Source: Halocafeteria seosinensis (Eukaryota). Taken from it: a DNA stretch of 20,000 bases. Below, piece by piece: positions 19,755 to 20,000 of the stretch. Both the position numbers and the translations under genes were made by a program. Within the stretch, counting starts at the first letter, position 1; the number at the start of each line of letters is the position of its first letter. The notes under the pieces are model-generated. The model was not told the origin of the DNA. It searched no databases and worked only from the letters and a program-made list of their open reading frames with translations. The stretch lies in NCBI GenBank assembly GCA_001687465.1, contig LVLI01000415.1, forward strand, positions 49,896-69,895, read 5' to 3'.

Positions 19755-19964
19755 GGTTCTTGAGCTAGGGGAACTTAAGGGGAAATTGGAATGACAAAAA
19801 GGGTCACTCAGCAGACGCTTTTACACTCCTGGTCAAGAGATTTGATATACTGTTGCCAGCAGAAAGTGGGTAAACCACTCCTTCGTTACTATGGCTGGAT
19901 GATGAACTGACACGCCATACACAATCGAACAAACATAGCAATGAAAGCACTGCTTTGAAAGCAA

Positions 19965-20000
19965 GGCCGGCCTGGCCCGGGCAAAACCGGGCCCGGGCCC
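19965..20000. promoter_or_regulatory. GC-rich GGCC/GGCCCGGGC palindrome cluster ~210 nt upstream of the Cbf5 ATG, truncated by the window edge
   Basis: ggccggcctggcccgggcaaaaccgggcccgggccc is an abrupt compositional change. Its function (promoter element or repeat/transposon end) is not determined. Confidence 0.3.

Noticed and set aside
19696..19773. TPP-riboswitch-like words on the + strand (CTGAGA ... ACCTGATC ... TAGGGGAA)
   Set aside because: P2 (ACCC) and the P5/UAAU loop are missing. The words are the reverse complements of the Cbf5 splice donor and an acceptor-like tract, and are antisense to the gene.

Overview
Eukaryotic, gene-dense DNA, probably from a protist; the taxon cannot be determined from sequence alone. 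Most GT-AG introns are short (64-85 nt), and I checked the reading phase of each splice junction by hand. Seven protein-coding genes can be supported: (1) a ~1503-aa membrane-anchored leishmanolysin/GP63-like M8 metalloprotease with EGF repeats and a Thr/Ser mucin stalk; (2) an intronless 208-aa orphan; (3) a 1306-aa disordered protein with a PROSER3-like N-terminal motif; (4) an NDUFAF4-like complex I assembly factor; (5) a Ser-rich hypothetical protein; (6) an F-box protein fused to TMEM185-like membrane repeats, carrying an unexplained +1 frameshift; (7) dyskerin/Cbf5. The most interesting signals are the unusually long, hairpin-rich first intron of Cbf5 (candidate intronic ncRNA), the F-box/membrane fusion and its frameshift, the receptor-like M8 architecture, and a possible decayed TFIIB-like relic at ~14.9-15.45 kb. 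No rRNA, tRNA, CRISPR array or recognisable transposase was seen. Family assignments come from motif recognition, not database searches.
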